64,000 bases of DNA from Ignavibacteria bacterium (GCA_947495975.1 CANMBE010000004.1:78380-142379); one strand, 5' to 3'; positions 20,085-30,785 are shown, counted from the first letter of the stretch. The notes: a model not told the origin generated them from the sequence alone. Numbers and translations are program-made.

Positions 20085-20848
20085 GATGCCTGTTCCTGTT
20101 CCGGTACAAGTGGTTCGTTCTCATGCTCTATCCTAGCCGAAATAATGATGTCATCAAACTGCAGGTCTTGTTGAATCACAATTCGGTGATTCTTGGCAAG
20201 CTCTAGCAATGCGAGGAATGTCACCACTACATGCATTTTTGTTAGTTCACCAATAAGCTCAAAGAAACGAACTGAAGTTTTCGTGCGCAACGTGTGTAGA
20301 ATCTCTTCGGATTTTTCTTCAACGGTGATAAGTAACCGTGTAACGATGTGCGGGTCTGGCTGCTCTTGCGCCTTCTCTACAGCACGCTTAAGCGCCTTCA
20401 AGAGGTCAAACAACGTTGCGTTACGATACGCACCTGACTCTGCTGCGTGAATCTCTTCGGCTTCAAAAACGCTGCGGTAGAGCACGTACCGTTGATTCTC
20501 TGCAGAGATCGTTAGAGAATCTGATGCTTCTCTGTATCGTTTGTATTCCATGAGTCGGCGCACGAGTTCAGCTCGTGGATCATCTTCGTCTAGCTCGCCT
20601 GGTTCGCCCCCTGCCTTTTCATCTCGGGGTAACAACATCTGAGCCTTGATCTGCACAAGCATCGAAGCCATCACAATGAACTCGCCAGCAAGTTCCAGAT
20701 CAAGAATTTCAAGGACTTTTACATACTCGAGAAATTCCTGCGTAATTGAAGCAATCGGAATATCGTAGATGTCTAGCTCATCTCTTCGAATGAAGAAGAG
20801 GAGAAGATCGAGTGGTCCTTCAAAATTGTTGAGTCGTACGCTATACAT
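20081..20848 (-). CDS. scpA: Segregation/condensation protein ScpA
   Basis: FEGPLDLLL, VVTFLALLEL. Confidence 0.95.
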   Translation of the reverse strand: MYSVRLNNFEGPLDLLLFFIRRDELDIYDIPIASITQEFLEYVKVLEILDLELAGEFIVMASMLVQIKAQMLLPRDEKAGGEPGELDEDDPRAELVRRLMEYKRYREASDSLTISAENQRYVLYRSVFEAEEIHAAESGAYRNATLFDLLKALKRAVEKAQEQPDPHIVTRLLITVEEKSEEILHTLRTKTSVRFFELIGELTKMHVVVTFLALLELAKNHRIVIQQDLQFDDIIISARIEHENEPLVPEQEQAS

Positions 20849-22008
20849 CAGTTCTTTTTTAATTGAGTTTGGATCCCTGCCATGGCGGCAAGTCTACCTG
20901 TGAAACACCTCGGTACTCGAGCCGAAACAGACGTTGTTACATCATATGGTATGGTTGATGCCCATTGGGCAATGTCATTGGCATCAATACTCGCAGTATG
21001 ACCGTCGTTTGCTGTTTGTTGCCCCATCAAAACAACCTCGTCTCCTTGCTTCACATCTGCGTTTCCAACATTCACCATGAGTTCGTCCATACAGATTGTG
21101 CCTACAATTGGATAACGAATTCCTCCAATGAGACAACACGCAGCGCCCGTTAGGCTTCGCAAATATCCATCACCGTAACCAATTGGCACCGTTACAATTG
21201 TGGATTCTTCAGGCACCACGTATCTGCGGCCATAACTCACTGACTCTCCAGGCCACGCTCTACGCACAGAAATCACTCGCGACGAGAGCGACATAACAGG
21301 CCGAAGTGACATTTCTTTACTCCCAGGCGATACATATCCATACAATGAAAGTCCAGGGCGAACCATGGTGAAATGCGTCGAATCTGATTGCCACATCGCA
21401 GCCGAATTCGCCGCATGCACGGAGGCAAAAGTACTGCCCACGGCAGCACAATTTGATAGAACGCTGACAAACGTGGATAACTGTTCTCTAAAAAATGCGC
21501 TATGGGGCTCATCTGACGTGGCAAAATGAGTGCAAATTCCGGTGAGTCGAATACCCGGCATCGCGCCAATCACTGTAGCTGCTTCTACGGCATCGTGGGG
21601 CCGAAATCCCTCTCTAAGCATGCCGGTATCTACGTAGAGGTGAACTTCTGCGATTTTCCCTGCAGCAATTGCTGTCATGGCGAGGTTTGTAACCTGCTGC
21701 ACGTCGCAGGCCACAGTTACCAGATCATTCTCAATGACTGCTACGCAGTCATGCTCTTCAATTGGCGTGAGCACCATAATCGGAATTGTGATGCCAGCCC
21801 CTTTAAGCTGGAGCGCCTCGTCCACAAACGCAGTCCCCAACACATCAACACCACAATGTTGCAGGGCTCTCGCAATGGCTATCATTCCATGACCGTAGGC
21901 ATTTGCCTTTACCATTCCCAAGATTGACTTTTCGGGTGCTTGGCGCCGAATCACGCTAAGATTCCATTCCAAAGCATCAAGGTCAATGGTAGCTATCGTA
22001 CTTCTCAT
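20848..22008 (-). CDS. alr: Alanine racemase (start probably ATG 22008)
   Basis: VKANAYGHG, DTGM, HFA, RPGLSLYG, GYGDG, CMD. Confidence 0.95.
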   Translation of the reverse strand: MRSTIATIDLDALEWNLSVIRRQAPEKSILGMVKANAYGHGMIAIARALQHCGVDVLGTAFVDEALQLKGAGITIPIMVLTPIEEHDCVAVIENDLVTVACDVQQVTNLAMTAIAAGKIAEVHLYVDTGMLREGFRPHDAVEAATVIGAMPGIRLTGICTHFATSDEPHSAFFREQLSTFVSVLSNCAAVGSTFASVHAANSAAMWQSDSTHFTMVRPGLSLYGYVSPGSKEMSLRPVMSLSSRVISVRRAWPGESVSYGRRYVVPEESTIVTVPIGYGDGYLRSLTGAACCLIGGIRYPIVGTICMDELMVNVGNADVKQGDEVVLMGQQTANDGHTASIDANDIAQWASTIPYDVTTSVSARVPRCFTGRLAAMAGIQTQLKKN

Positions 22009-23021
22009 GCCCTGTTGACCCCTTCGGTGTCTGCCCATTCAAATGACCTGCGGATCTCGCCAATGTTCATTCCTGAAGCAAGCGCGCAGATGAGCTTAAT
22101 GCGAGCCTTTTGGCCGTTTACAAAGTCCGCAAAGATTACTCCGGCTTCGTGGAGGTGCCGGCCAGCCCCCTCATAAGCATAGAAGTGCTCTATGCGGCCA
22201 ACGGGGCATCTTGAAACAAGAACGACTGGTAGTCCAGCGTTGACTGCATCTTTTAGCGCGTAATAAACTGGTGGTGTTACATTTCCAACTCCAAATGCCT
22301 CAATAACAAGACCCTCAGCACCATTAGCGCGGCAGCAGTCAATGAGTGTGCTGTCCATGCCGGCATATGATTTCAGCAAGGGTATAAAATGTGGCAACCT
22401 CTTGACTAAAAAGGTCTCTCTATGGAGGGGTCTGCGGTGGATAATGAGTACACCATTGGTTACTCTACCAATTGGGCCAAAATCAAAGCTTGTAAACGTT
22501 GACAGGTCCTGGGTATCGGTCTTAGACGCTTCGGAGGCAGCAGTAATAGCCCCTCCAAGACATACCAAGACGCCCATTCCACGAACGGCAGAGTGTGCAG
22601 CAACCGTAATCGCATCGCGCACGTTGCGCGGACCATCCCAGTCGGGCTCACTGCTGTTGCGCATTGCGCCTAAAACAACAATCGGCTTTTCAGTGTCAAC
22701 GGTGCAGTCGAGGAAAAATGCCGTTTCTTCCAATGTATCCGTTCCATGCGTAACTACAACACCTGTTACTGCGGGATCATCTACGTACCCACGAATGATC
22801 TTTGATAGCTCAAGCATTCTGTCAATCGTGATATGGGGTCCTGGGAAAGTCCCGTATTCATGCACCACGATATCGGCAACGGAACGAATGCCTGGAATTC
22901 GCGAAAGTATCTCCCCTCCGGACATGCTGGGGACAACGCCACCCCATTCGTGGTCCAGCGTGGATGCAATGGTACCACCAGTGAAGATGATGACTACTCG
23001 AGGGTTTGCTGTTTTTGTCAC
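22005..23021 (-). CDS. L-asparaginase (start probably GTG 23021; ORF open to 23102)
   Basis: TGGTIA and HGTDT motifs. Confidence 0.9.
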   Translation of the reverse strand: MTKTANPRVVIIFTGGTIASTLDHEWGGVVPSMSGGEILSRIPGIRSVADIVVHEYGTFPGPHITIDRMLELSKIIRGYVDDPAVTGVVVTHGTDTLEETAFFLDCTVDTEKPIVVLGAMRNSSEPDWDGPRNVRDAITVAAHSAVRGMGVLVCLGGAITAASEASKTDTQDLSTFTSFDFGPIGRVTNGVLIIHRRPLHRETFLVKRLPHFIPLLKSYAGMDSTLIDCCRANGAEGLVIEAFGVGNVTPPVYYALKDAVNAGLPVVLVSRCPVGRIEHFYAYEGAGRHLHEAGVIFADFVNGQKARIKLICALASGMNIGEIRRSFEWADTEGVNRA

Positions 23022-23293
23022 AATGGAAATCGTATGGGTGATATCCACGAAGATAAGAGACCGCGTGCGTAGTTTTGTGGCTGATGATCGTAGCCAATCC
23101 ACATCTCATGAATGTTGCACCCTATAAACCAGGGGCAACAGCCGAGCAAATTCGTTTCCACTATGGTCTAGACCAGGTTGAGAAGCTTGCCTCGAATGAG
23201 AACCCGTTCGGCTCGCAGACGTCCTGCGCACGTATGCATACGAGACACTGAGTGCCCCTTCTCAAACAATGACACTTTAGACCGAACTACATT

Positions 23294-24424
23294 ATGAGTA
23301 CCGAAACACGTGACGAACCCACCACAATAACTCTCGAAGATTTTTTGCCATTGAAAGGCACAGACTATGTAGAGTTCTATTGTGGCAATGCAAAGCAATC
23401 ATCCTATTTCTATCGTACTGCTTTTGGCTTCCAACTGGTAGCATATGCCGGTCCCGAGACCGGTATTCGAGACCGTGCATCGTATGTGCTCCAACAAGGC
23501 AAGATTAGAATTGTACTTACCTCGCCGATGCATCCAGACAGTCCAATCTCTGAACATATTGCAAAACACGGCGATGGTGTAAAGGTGCTCGCATTATGGG
23601 TAGACGATGCACGATCGGCATGGAAAGAAACAACAGATCGCGGAGCCGTTAGCACCCAAGAGCCAACAGTTCTATCAGATGAGTTTGGCGAAGTAGTTGT
23701 TGCGACGATAAAAACGTATGGCGATACCGTGCACACGTTTGTTGAACGCAGAAACTATACTGGCTCATTTATGCCTGGTTACAAAGCAGTTGATGACGGG
23801 TATCAGACCGAAGAGATTGGACTCCTGTATGTTGACCACTGCGTTGGCAATGTAGAGCTTGGGCACATGAACAAATGGGTCAAATTCTATGAAGATGCCA
23901 TGGGATTTAAACTCCTGATTACTTTTGATGACTCAGATATCTCTACGGAATATTCTGCGCTGATGTCAAAAGTGGTATCGAATGGAAGTGGATTTGTAAA
24001 GTTCCCAATCAACGAACCTGCTCAGGGAAAACGCAAAAGTCAGATTGAAGAGTACATTGAGTTTTACCACGGCGCAGGCGTACAACACATTGCTGTTGCT
24101 ACAAATGATATTGTCCGCACGGTTGGTGAGCTTCGACGCCGTGGTGTGCAGTTTTTGAACGTGCCTGATACGTACTACACTGACTTGCTCGATCGTGTTG
24201 GACATATTGACGAGGACATTGATGAACTTCGTGCGATGAATATCTTAGTTGATAGGGACGATGAAGGCTATCTTCTTCAGATCTTTACCAAGCCTGTTGA
24301 AGATCGTCCAACTGTTTTCTTTGAGATCATTCAACGTCATGGAGCACGTTCATTTGGCAAGGGCAACTTTAAAGCACTTTTTGAATCTATTGAGCGCGAA
24401 CAAGAACTGCGCGGCAATCTGTAA
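23294..24424 (+). CDS. hppD: 4-hydroxyphenylpyruvate dioxygenase
   Basis: DHCVGN, SQIEEY, GVQHIA, FFEIIQR, FGKGNFKALF. Confidence 0.96.
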   Translation: MSTETRDEPTTITLEDFLPLKGTDYVEFYCGNAKQSSYFYRTAFGFQLVAYAGPETGIRDRASYVLQQGKIRIVLTSPMHPDSPISEHIAKHGDGVKVLALWVDDARSAWKETTDRGAVSTQEPTVLSDEFGEVVVATIKTYGDTVHTFVERRNYTGSFMPGYKAVDDGYQTEEIGLLYVDHCVGNVELGHMNKWVKFYEDAMGFKLLITFDDSDISTEYSALMSKVVSNGSGFVKFPINEPAQGKRKSQIEEYIEFYHGAGVQHIAVATNDIVRTVGELRRRGVQFLNVPDTYYTDLLDRVGHIDEDIDELRAMNILVDRDDEGYLLQIFTKPVEDRPTVFFEIIQRHGARSFGKGNFKALFESIEREQELRGNL

Positions 24425-24463
24425 CGACACAACGAAATTTGTTTCACCTTTATAGCCTTATTC

Positions 24464-25918
24464 ATGGCTTCTAAAGCAAAACCGAGCAAGGCGCCTACAG
24501 CGCTCTTTCACGGAAACAGCCCCTTTCTCGATTCCGTAAACGCCTACTTTGATAAGGCGGCTAACACGTTGGATCTTCCTAAAGGGCTCCTTGATCAGAT
24601 CCGAGTATGTAACTCGGTGTATTATATGCAATTCCCTGTGCGCATCAAGGGTGGCATTCAAGTGGTTCAGGCATGGCGTGCCGAACATAGTCATCACAAG
24701 CTGCCTACGAAGGGTGGCATACGGTATGCACTTTCTGTAGACCAAGAAGAAGTGCAGGCACTTGCAGCACTTATGACGTATAAGTGTGCCGTGGTTGACG
24801 TACCATTTGGTGGCGCAAAGGGCGGTATTCGCATAGACCCGAAGCACTATACTGCTGAAGAACTAGAGCGTATCACTCGTCGGTATACCGTTGAACTCAT
24901 TAAGAAGAACTTCATTGGTCCATCCGTTGACGTACCTGCGCCCGATTACGGCACTGGTCCTCGCGAAATGGCATGGATTGCTGATACGTACCAGGCCTTT
25001 GCGAAGGACGAGATTAATTCTCTCGCTTGCGTTACGGGTAAGCCCGTTGGTCAAGGCGGAGTTCGCGGCAGAACAGCCGCAACCGGCAGAGGATTATATT
25101 TTGCTGTGCGCGAAGCGGTGAACGATGCTCGGCTTATGAAGAAGATGAAAATGACCACTGGCTTGTCTGACAAGCGGGTTATTGTTCAGGGATTTGGGAA
25201 CGTGGGATACCACGCAGCTAAATTTCTATCCGAAGCTGGTGCTTCCGTCATTGGAATCATTGAGTGGGATGGTGCCGTTGTAAACCCGAAGGGTATTGAC
25301 ATCGAAGCGCTCAATACACACCGGCTAAAGAAGGGTTCCATTACAGGCTTTGCCGGTGGCAAAACAATTAAAGATGGCAAAGGTGTACTTGAGTATGATT
25401 GTGAGATCCTCGTACCCGCTGCTCTAGAGTCGCAGATCACGAAGAGTAATGCAAGCAGGATTAAGGCGAAGATTATTGCAGAAGGTGCCAACGGTCCTAT
25501 TACGTCTGAAGCAGAACCAATTCTTCTTAAGAAGGGCATTCTCATCATGCCAGACATGTTCGTGAATGCCGGGGGTGTTGTTGTTTCTTATTTCGAATGG
25601 CTAAAGAATATTTCACATGTGCGATTTGGACGCATGGATAAGCGCTTTGAAGAAGGTACAAACACTCGAATGGTTGAAACGGTAGAGAGACTTACAGGCA
25701 AGTCCCTAACAGTGGTTGAGCGTAATATGGTGGCGCGTGGTGCAGACGAAGAGGATCTTGTTAATTCAGGCCTCGAGGACACAATGATTTCGTCCTACCA
25801 TACAGTTATTGAACAGTACTTTGGTAACCCTAAAGTAAAGGACATGCGTACCGCGGCGTTTGTGAGCTCTATCGAGAAGATCGCACAGTCGTATCTGTCA
25901 CTGGGAATCTTTCCGTGA
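24464..25918 (+). CDS. gdhA: Glutamate dehydrogenase (Glu/Leu/Phe/Val family)
   Basis: KGGIRY, MTYK, GGAKGG, PAPD, QGFGNVG, EGANGP, SYFEW. Confidence 0.92.
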   Translation: MASKAKPSKAPTALFHGNSPFLDSVNAYFDKAANTLDLPKGLLDQIRVCNSVYYMQFPVRIKGGIQVVQAWRAEHSHHKLPTKGGIRYALSVDQEEVQALAALMTYKCAVVDVPFGGAKGGIRIDPKHYTAEELERITRRYTVELIKKNFIGPSVDVPAPDYGTGPREMAWIADTYQAFAKDEINSLACVTGKPVGQGGVRGRTAATGRGLYFAVREAVNDARLMKKMKMTTGLSDKRVIVQGFGNVGYHAAKFLSEAGASVIGIIEWDGAVVNPKGIDIEALNTHRLKKGSITGFAGGKTIKDGKGVLEYDCEILVPAALESQITKSNASRIKAKIIAEGANGPITSEAEPILLKKGILIMPDMFVNAGGVVVSYFEWLKNISHVRFGRMDKRFEEGTNTRMVETVERLTGKSLTVVERNMVARGADEEDLVNSGLEDTMISSYHTVIEQYFGNPKVKDMRTAAFVSSIEKIAQSYLSLGIFP

Positions 25919-25953
25919 CGTGAGTGTATGTTTCGTGCAATGAATGCAGAAAT

Positions 25954-25988
25954 AAAAATGGCGAGTCGCATGACTCGCCATTTTTTTT
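25954..25988. terminator. Bidirectional intrinsic terminator
   Basis: aaaaa-tggcgagtc-gcat-gactcgcca-tttttttt between convergent genes. Confidence 0.88.
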
Positions 25989-26010
25989 GAATGAATGTCT
26001 TCGTTGTTTT

Positions 26011-28452
26011 CTAGCGGACGATGATTTTCTCGAATCGAGTGGTGCCGTTCTGTTCCAGAACAAGAACATACAGACCGCCAGAGATAACGCTTCCGTTTGA
26101 GTCGCGCCTGTTCCACACAATTTCAGTGTTTCCAGATAGGATAGCAATTGTTTTACCTGTAACAGTCACAATGCGTACACGCATTTCGCCAGCAACTGGG
26201 TTTACAATGCGTAGTTCGTCCGTCATTGGATTCGGTGCGATGCGAACTCCAGCTACTGGACTCTTGTCTTCTTCAATGCCTGAGATCAAGCGACGCGTGA
26301 GAACAAACATTGCATCTCCGGCATCAGTTTCAACCGTAACTAATGCATCTTCGCCACTTTCGGCGGTGGTTTCAAAACAGACATCTATTGATGCAGCATT
26401 GAGAATCTGAAATGGCATTGGAGTAGTTGCCTCATACCTCCACGTTGTTGCTCCTGGGCCTGTGAGGCGGACACGTCGGACTTCAGTTGCATTACATGGC
26501 AATGGAATAGACTTGTTGCATCTACGATCACCTGCAACACCTTCAGCGAACACCACGGTGTCGCGTTCGAATGACAATCCTGTCATTGCATTTCCGCTAA
26601 CGGTAAAGATGCGATTTCCGCTTGCGGCAAAGAACGTAACAGTGGCTGCCAGAACCCCAGACTTTTTGGGCATGATCTTTAGCCGCACATCTCTTCGCTC
26701 ATTCGGGGCAAGTACGAGAGGAGCCGTTAAACCTTCAACAGCGATGTTGGCTATTGGTTCTGCTGATATTGACGTGATGGTAATGGAGGAGCCCCCTTCA
26801 TTCACAAGCATACCAGAGATTGTAGTGTCCACTGTAGAACAAGAAGGCACTCCATCAAGAAGTAGACCAACTGACGTTAGTTCTAGCTGTCCCGGGCCTG
26901 CACGTCCGATAACTTTTACAATTGCTTCACGTGTGGTGATTGTATCGCACTGGTTCATGACACGGCAACTGTAAATGCCAGAATCAGCACGAATGACAGG
27001 CGACTGGCGATAAATCCTCTGAGTTGCACCAGGCAAAACAATGCCGTTTTTGAGCCATTGATATGTGAGCAATTCACCTGCAGCATCCAATGTGAGAGTG
27101 AGTGAATCACCAGATTTAAGATTCTTATCCACCGGTTCCAATCGAATCGATGGACGCTCTACAACATTGAGTCGGACAACAATACTAGTTGCTTCTGGCG
27201 TACACAAACCTTGAACGCGGCAGCTATAGTCGCCTTCATCAAAGAGGGTCACTACGGGGAATGAAATGCCTCTCGCTGTCATAGCCGGAATGGGTTCTCC
27301 GTTCTTGAGCCACTGAAACACGATGTCATTCCCGGTAGCATCTATGCTGAAGGATGCACTTTCTGATTCACAAACACTTTGTGGACTCGGTTGCATTGTT
27401 ATTTGAGGTTTTGTGCCAACAATAACGACTGCTGCTTCAGACGTGATATTTCCGCCACAACCAAATACGACACAGTCATACGTACCCGCTTCTGCTTGGC
27501 CTACTGTGTTAATGACGAGCAGTGGATTTACTCCGCCTGCAATATCAATCCCATCCCTGCGCCAACGGTATTGCAGATTCGTACCTGTTGCCGAGACTTG
27601 CATATTTAAAGGCTTGCCTTCACATACAAGTGTATTGATCGGCTGAAGTGAGATCACTGGCGCACTAGAAACGGAAACAATGTTTCCTCGTGCAATCTCA
27701 GCGCCTGTGACTATGTCTACCATTCGCACTGTATAGCCCCCTGCCATTTGTGTAGCCGGGATGTTATAGGTGAGGGTTAATGTAGAGGCATCAACACTTG
27801 TTGCAATTACATCGGTGTTTACAAAATTGTCTTTTGACCACTCAAGGCGTACGGTAGTCAGACCTGTTTGTGTCCACGTGAATGTAACCGGTGTGCCTCG
27901 GCACAAGGCTGTACCCGGCGCTGGGCCAGTAAACGTTGCGCCAGAAACAGTGATATTAATGTTACCAGTAACATTCCAATCATCGAGGTTGGATTCTAGC
28001 AAGTCTAGGTTAACAGCATTGCCCGCTCCGTTAAACGCATAGATGCCATGCGCAGCAGGAGCAGCCCATGAAAAATCAAACCGTGCCGCGCCCCCCACCA
28101 TTGCCATTGGAGCTGTATGCGTTAGCTCTCCACCAATGACTTGCGATCCAATACCTGCATTTACGGTGCCTGCGGCAACTGCACCTTGGCGGAAACTGAG
28201 ATTAAAGCCAGCGCTTTGATTAGCCTGATTAGCATGCCCCACAACAAATGTATAGTTGTTGGTCTGGCCAGCTCTAACACTTCGCGGACCTTCGAGAGAA
28301 AGGGCTGTAGCGACAGTTTGGCCACCGTGACAGTTTCCGCAGCCGGCAGCAAAAACGCCAGTCTTGCCGCCAGTATTCGCAGTTGCCACAAAAGGCACGA
28401 TGAAAGCCAATACGGTCAAAAACAGGGAAAAACGGAAAAAATTATTGTTCAT
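26011..28452 (-). CDS. Secreted protein: N-terminal CxxCH/Reeler-like domain, three Ig-like repeats, T9SS-type C-terminus (start probably ATG 28452)
   Basis: Signal peptide; GCGNCHG; three PxIxxxP...W.K/R.G...D/E.G.Y.C Ig repeats; APNP...GGLYVL...KIIVR. Confidence 0.85.
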   Translation of the reverse strand: MNNNFFRFSLFLTVLAFIVPFVATANTGGKTGVFAAGCGNCHGGQTVATALSLEGPRSVRAGQTNNYTFVVGHANQANQSAGFNLSFRQGAVAAGTVNAGIGSQVIGGELTHTAPMAMVGGAARFDFSWAAPAAHGIYAFNGAGNAVNLDLLESNLDDWNVTGNINITVSGATFTGPAPGTALCRGTPVTFTWTQTGLTTVRLEWSKDNFVNTDVIATSVDASTLTLTYNIPATQMAGGYTVRMVDIVTGAEIARGNIVSVSSAPVISLQPINTLVCEGKPLNMQVSATGTNLQYRWRRDGIDIAGGVNPLLVINTVGQAEAGTYDCVVFGCGGNITSEAAVVIVGTKPQITMQPSPQSVCESESASFSIDATGNDIVFQWLKNGEPIPAMTARGISFPVVTLFDEGDYSCRVQGLCTPEATSIVVRLNVVERPSIRLEPVDKNLKSGDSLTLTLDAAGELLTYQWLKNGIVLPGATQRIYRQSPVIRADSGIYSCRVMNQCDTITTREAIVKVIGRAGPGQLELTSVGLLLDGVPSCSTVDTTISGMLVNEGGSSITITSISAEPIANIAVEGLTAPLVLAPNERRDVRLKIMPKKSGVLAATVTFFAASGNRIFTVSGNAMTGLSFERDTVVFAEGVAGDRRCNKSIPLPCNATEVRRVRLTGPGATTWRYEATTPMPFQILNAASIDVCFETTAESGEDALVTVETDAGDAMFVLTRRLISGIEEDKSPVAGVRIAPNPMTDELRIVNPVAGEMRVRIVTVTGKTIAILSGNTEIVWNRRDSNGSVISGGLYVLVLEQNGTTRFEKIIVR

Positions 28453-28491
28453 GATATACCCGCAAATATGGGTGAGTGCAAATGACCACAT

Positions 28492-28527
28492 AAAATAAGA
28501 AGAGCCGGCGGTCTCCCGTCGGCTCTT
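28492..28527 (-). terminator. Probable intrinsic terminator after the YceI gene
   Basis: aagagccgacgg-gaga-ccgccggctctt followed by cttatttt on the - strand. Confidence 0.7.
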
Positions 28528-28573
28528 GAAACATTTAAGTTCATTATTCAACCATTTCAGACAGCAAAGCCAA

Positions 28574-29221
28574 TTATGAATTCGCAAGGAGTTTGGCTTC
28601 GATAGCAATAGTTTCGCCAACGCTCTTACCAATAATCCCCGCTTTTCCAGCAATCTGATGGTCAGCCAAGGCAACTACGAATTTTGTGTCGATCATAACC
28701 AGGTTACCGGTAGCCCTCTTTGCGGTTTCCGCTGAAGCTGGGATGTAGGTGATAACCACGTTTGCCAGTGACGGCTTCGCTACTCCGTGGCATGTAAAAA
28801 CGCCAATAGCCGTAGCGGTTACCACGCTCTTGCCATCCTTCGTTACAACTTTAACGTCTTTTAGCGACTTTACATCAAAGGCTACTGTTGGGTGCGCATC
28901 TGCACCAAGCCACATTTCGCTATACATGTGACTATCTCGCTGTGAATTAGCCGTCTTCATGGACGTTACTTGCACTTCAATGCGCCCTGTTGTTGCTTCC
29001 AAATTGCTTGGATCTAATGTAAAGGAGCCAGACACACCGTCTGCCGTGCCTGTTATCTTCTCCATTGGTGCCTCTGAAACAAACTCAACTCCACTTTTGC
29101 CAACCGCATTGTTCATTGAGTACTTCTTTGCCCCTGCCTGGGCTCCAGAAATACCAGTACCGGCTGTTAGAACTGCTGATATGACGACGAGAAGCGCAAG
29201 TGTTGCAATGATGTTTCGCAT
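28574..29221 (-). CDS. YceI family periplasmic lipid/isoprenoid-binding protein
   Basis: Signal peptide; VEFVS, SMKTANSQRDSHM, HGV.K motifs. Confidence 0.88.
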   Translation of the reverse strand: MRNIIATLALLVVISAVLTAGTGISGAQAGAKKYSMNNAVGKSGVEFVSEAPMEKITGTADGVSGSFTLDPSNLEATTGRIEVQVTSMKTANSQRDSHMYSEMWLGADAHPTVAFDVKSLKDVKVVTKDGKSVVTATAIGVFTCHGVAKPSLANVVITYIPASAETAKRATGNLVMIDTKFVVALADHQIAGKAGIIGKSVGETIAIEAKLLANS

Positions 29222-29262
29222 AATCTTTAGCCTTAAATACGGTGAGACGACAATATATGTGT

Positions 29263-30393
29263 TTAACCACGCAATACACGAACAACATCTGCAAGAATTG
29301 TAATGGCCTCCTGAACCTCAGTGAGCGTGTTGTCCTTGGAAACAGAAATGCGTACGGCCGCCTTTGCCTCTGACGGTGGCAATCCCATTGCGAGGAGCAC
29401 ATGTGAGGGCTGAACGCTTCCTGAAACACAAGCGCTGCCATTTGAAACAGCCACACCCTTCATGTCCATCGACTGCAGAATTGCCTCTCCATCTAACTCG
29501 TCTGCATCGAGGAAGGATACGTTGAGAATGTTCGGCAAACTCTCTTCAAGGGGCGTATTATAGCGCACATTGGGAATTGTACGAGCTATCTGCTCTCGGG
29601 CCAATGAAATGAGATTAGCCATGTGCTGAGAACGCTCAGCCATATCGTTACAGGCACGCCGTGCGGCCACGGCAGCACCTACGATGAGCGCCACAGGCTC
29701 TGTGCCGGCCCTACGGTTGCGTTCTTGCCCGCCCCCTTGCTGATGCGACTTGAAGTCTATGCCCTTTCGGATAAACATCACACCAATTCCTTTTGGACCA
29801 TGAATCTTGTGTGCCGAAAGCGTAAGGAAGTCCACACCCAACGCCGCAACGTCAACAGGAATCTTGCCAAATGACTGCACGGCATCGCTATGAAAAAGCG
29901 CATTTGGAATGTTCTGGCGAATTGCAGCAAGGGGCTGTATCACGCCAGTTTCATTGTTGGCATGCATTACACTTACGAGTGTTCGAGAGATGTTGAGCGC
30001 TGCGAGTGATTCGATAACAACTCGTCCATTTGCATCCACTGGAATACATTCATGATGAAGGCCTCGTGCCTGCATTGCCTGCGCGGGAAGCAAGACAGCA
30101 TGATGCTCAGTTGATCCGGTGAGGATGCTCTCAATAAGGCCCGACTCATCTGCGCACGACTTCAGGATGGTGTTATTTGACTCCGTACCACCGCTTGTAA
30201 AAATGATTTCAGCAGGGTGCGCATTCAATAAGGAGGCAAACTCCATCCGAGCATCTTCAACTGCTACGCGTGCTTCACGCCCTAGCTTGTAGATACTTGA
30301 GGCATTGCCAAAACCACTTCGCAGCCAGGGCAACATCGCATCAAGCACAGTCTCATCTATTGGTGTTGTAGAGCTATTGTCCAGATATATCAT
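29263..30393 (-). CDS. Cysteine desulfurase (group I, IscS/NifS-like)
   Basis: YLDNSSTT, FTSGGTES, SAHKIHGPKG, SNGSAC. Confidence 0.93.
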   Translation of the reverse strand: MIYLDNSSTTPIDETVLDAMLPWLRSGFGNASSIYKLGREARVAVEDARMEFASLLNAHPAEIIFTSGGTESNNTILKSCADESGLIESILTGSTEHHAVLLPAQAMQARGLHHECIPVDANGRVVIESLAALNISRTLVSVMHANNETGVIQPLAAIRQNIPNALFHSDAVQSFGKIPVDVAALGVDFLTLSAHKIHGPKGIGVMFIRKGIDFKSHQQGGGQERNRRAGTEPVALIVGAAVAARRACNDMAERSQHMANLISLAREQIARTIPNVRYNTPLEESLPNILNVSFLDADELDGEAILQSMDMKGVAVSNGSACVSGSVQPSHVLLAMGLPPSEAKAAVRISVSKDNTLTEVQEAITILADVVRVLRG

Positions 30394-30650
30394 GTTGCCC
30401 GCCCAAATCCTTTATAGATGTCAAACTTTGCACTGTACAGTACAATGTTTAACTCAGCGTCCCGAAGCGTTCCTCCTGACGGCGACAGATAGAATGTATC
30501 TATCCGGTCTGTAGGCTGTTTGGCAAGAAGGCCCTTTTCATCAACATAAAACTGGACAACCTTATAGCCGAGGTGCTCAGTTGCATGAGCTGCCTGGGAG
30601 ATCAGATTCTCTGGAGTATAGACCATAGTGTCTACGGATGCTTCGCTCAT
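30390..30650 (-). CDS. Hypothetical protein, 86 aa
   Basis: ATGA overlap with the desulfurase gene; fills an otherwise empty gap; upstream promoter-like motif. Confidence 0.75.
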   Translation of the reverse strand: MSEASVDTMVYTPENLISQAAHATEHLGYKVVQFYVDEKGLLAKQPTDRIDTFYLSPSGGTLRDAELNIVLYSAKFDIYKGFGRAT

Positions 30651-30686
30651 AATGACCTACTTTCTGTGGCAAGAGTTGGGGTGCCA

Positions 30687-30707
30687 CGAAATTAACGAGT
30701 AATTTTG
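30687..30707. promoter_or_regulatory. Back-to-back divergent -7 elements: TAatTTCG (-, 30687-30694) and TAatTTTG (+, 30700-30707)
   Basis: Motif matches in the 135-bp divergent gap upstream of secA. Confidence 0.55.
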
Positions 30708-30785
30708 CAGGCTTCGACCTTATCGGTGGCACCAAACGCGGTGGACTAGCGTCAATGGCACATCGCTATCACTTAATGAATACCC

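Noticed and set aside
22342..23127. Long antisense ORFs (e.g. 261 aa here, 219 aa at 13444-14103, 185 aa at 50966-51523)
   Set aside because: Shadow or alternative frames of well-supported genes, with no protein-like motifs
28453..28674. N-terminal extensions from the ORF track (also purN, thyX, rlmB, alr, spsF-like, 16923)
   Set aside because: They cross terminators, promoters or neighbouring genes; downstream starts fit signal peptides, family N-termini or stop/start overlaps better
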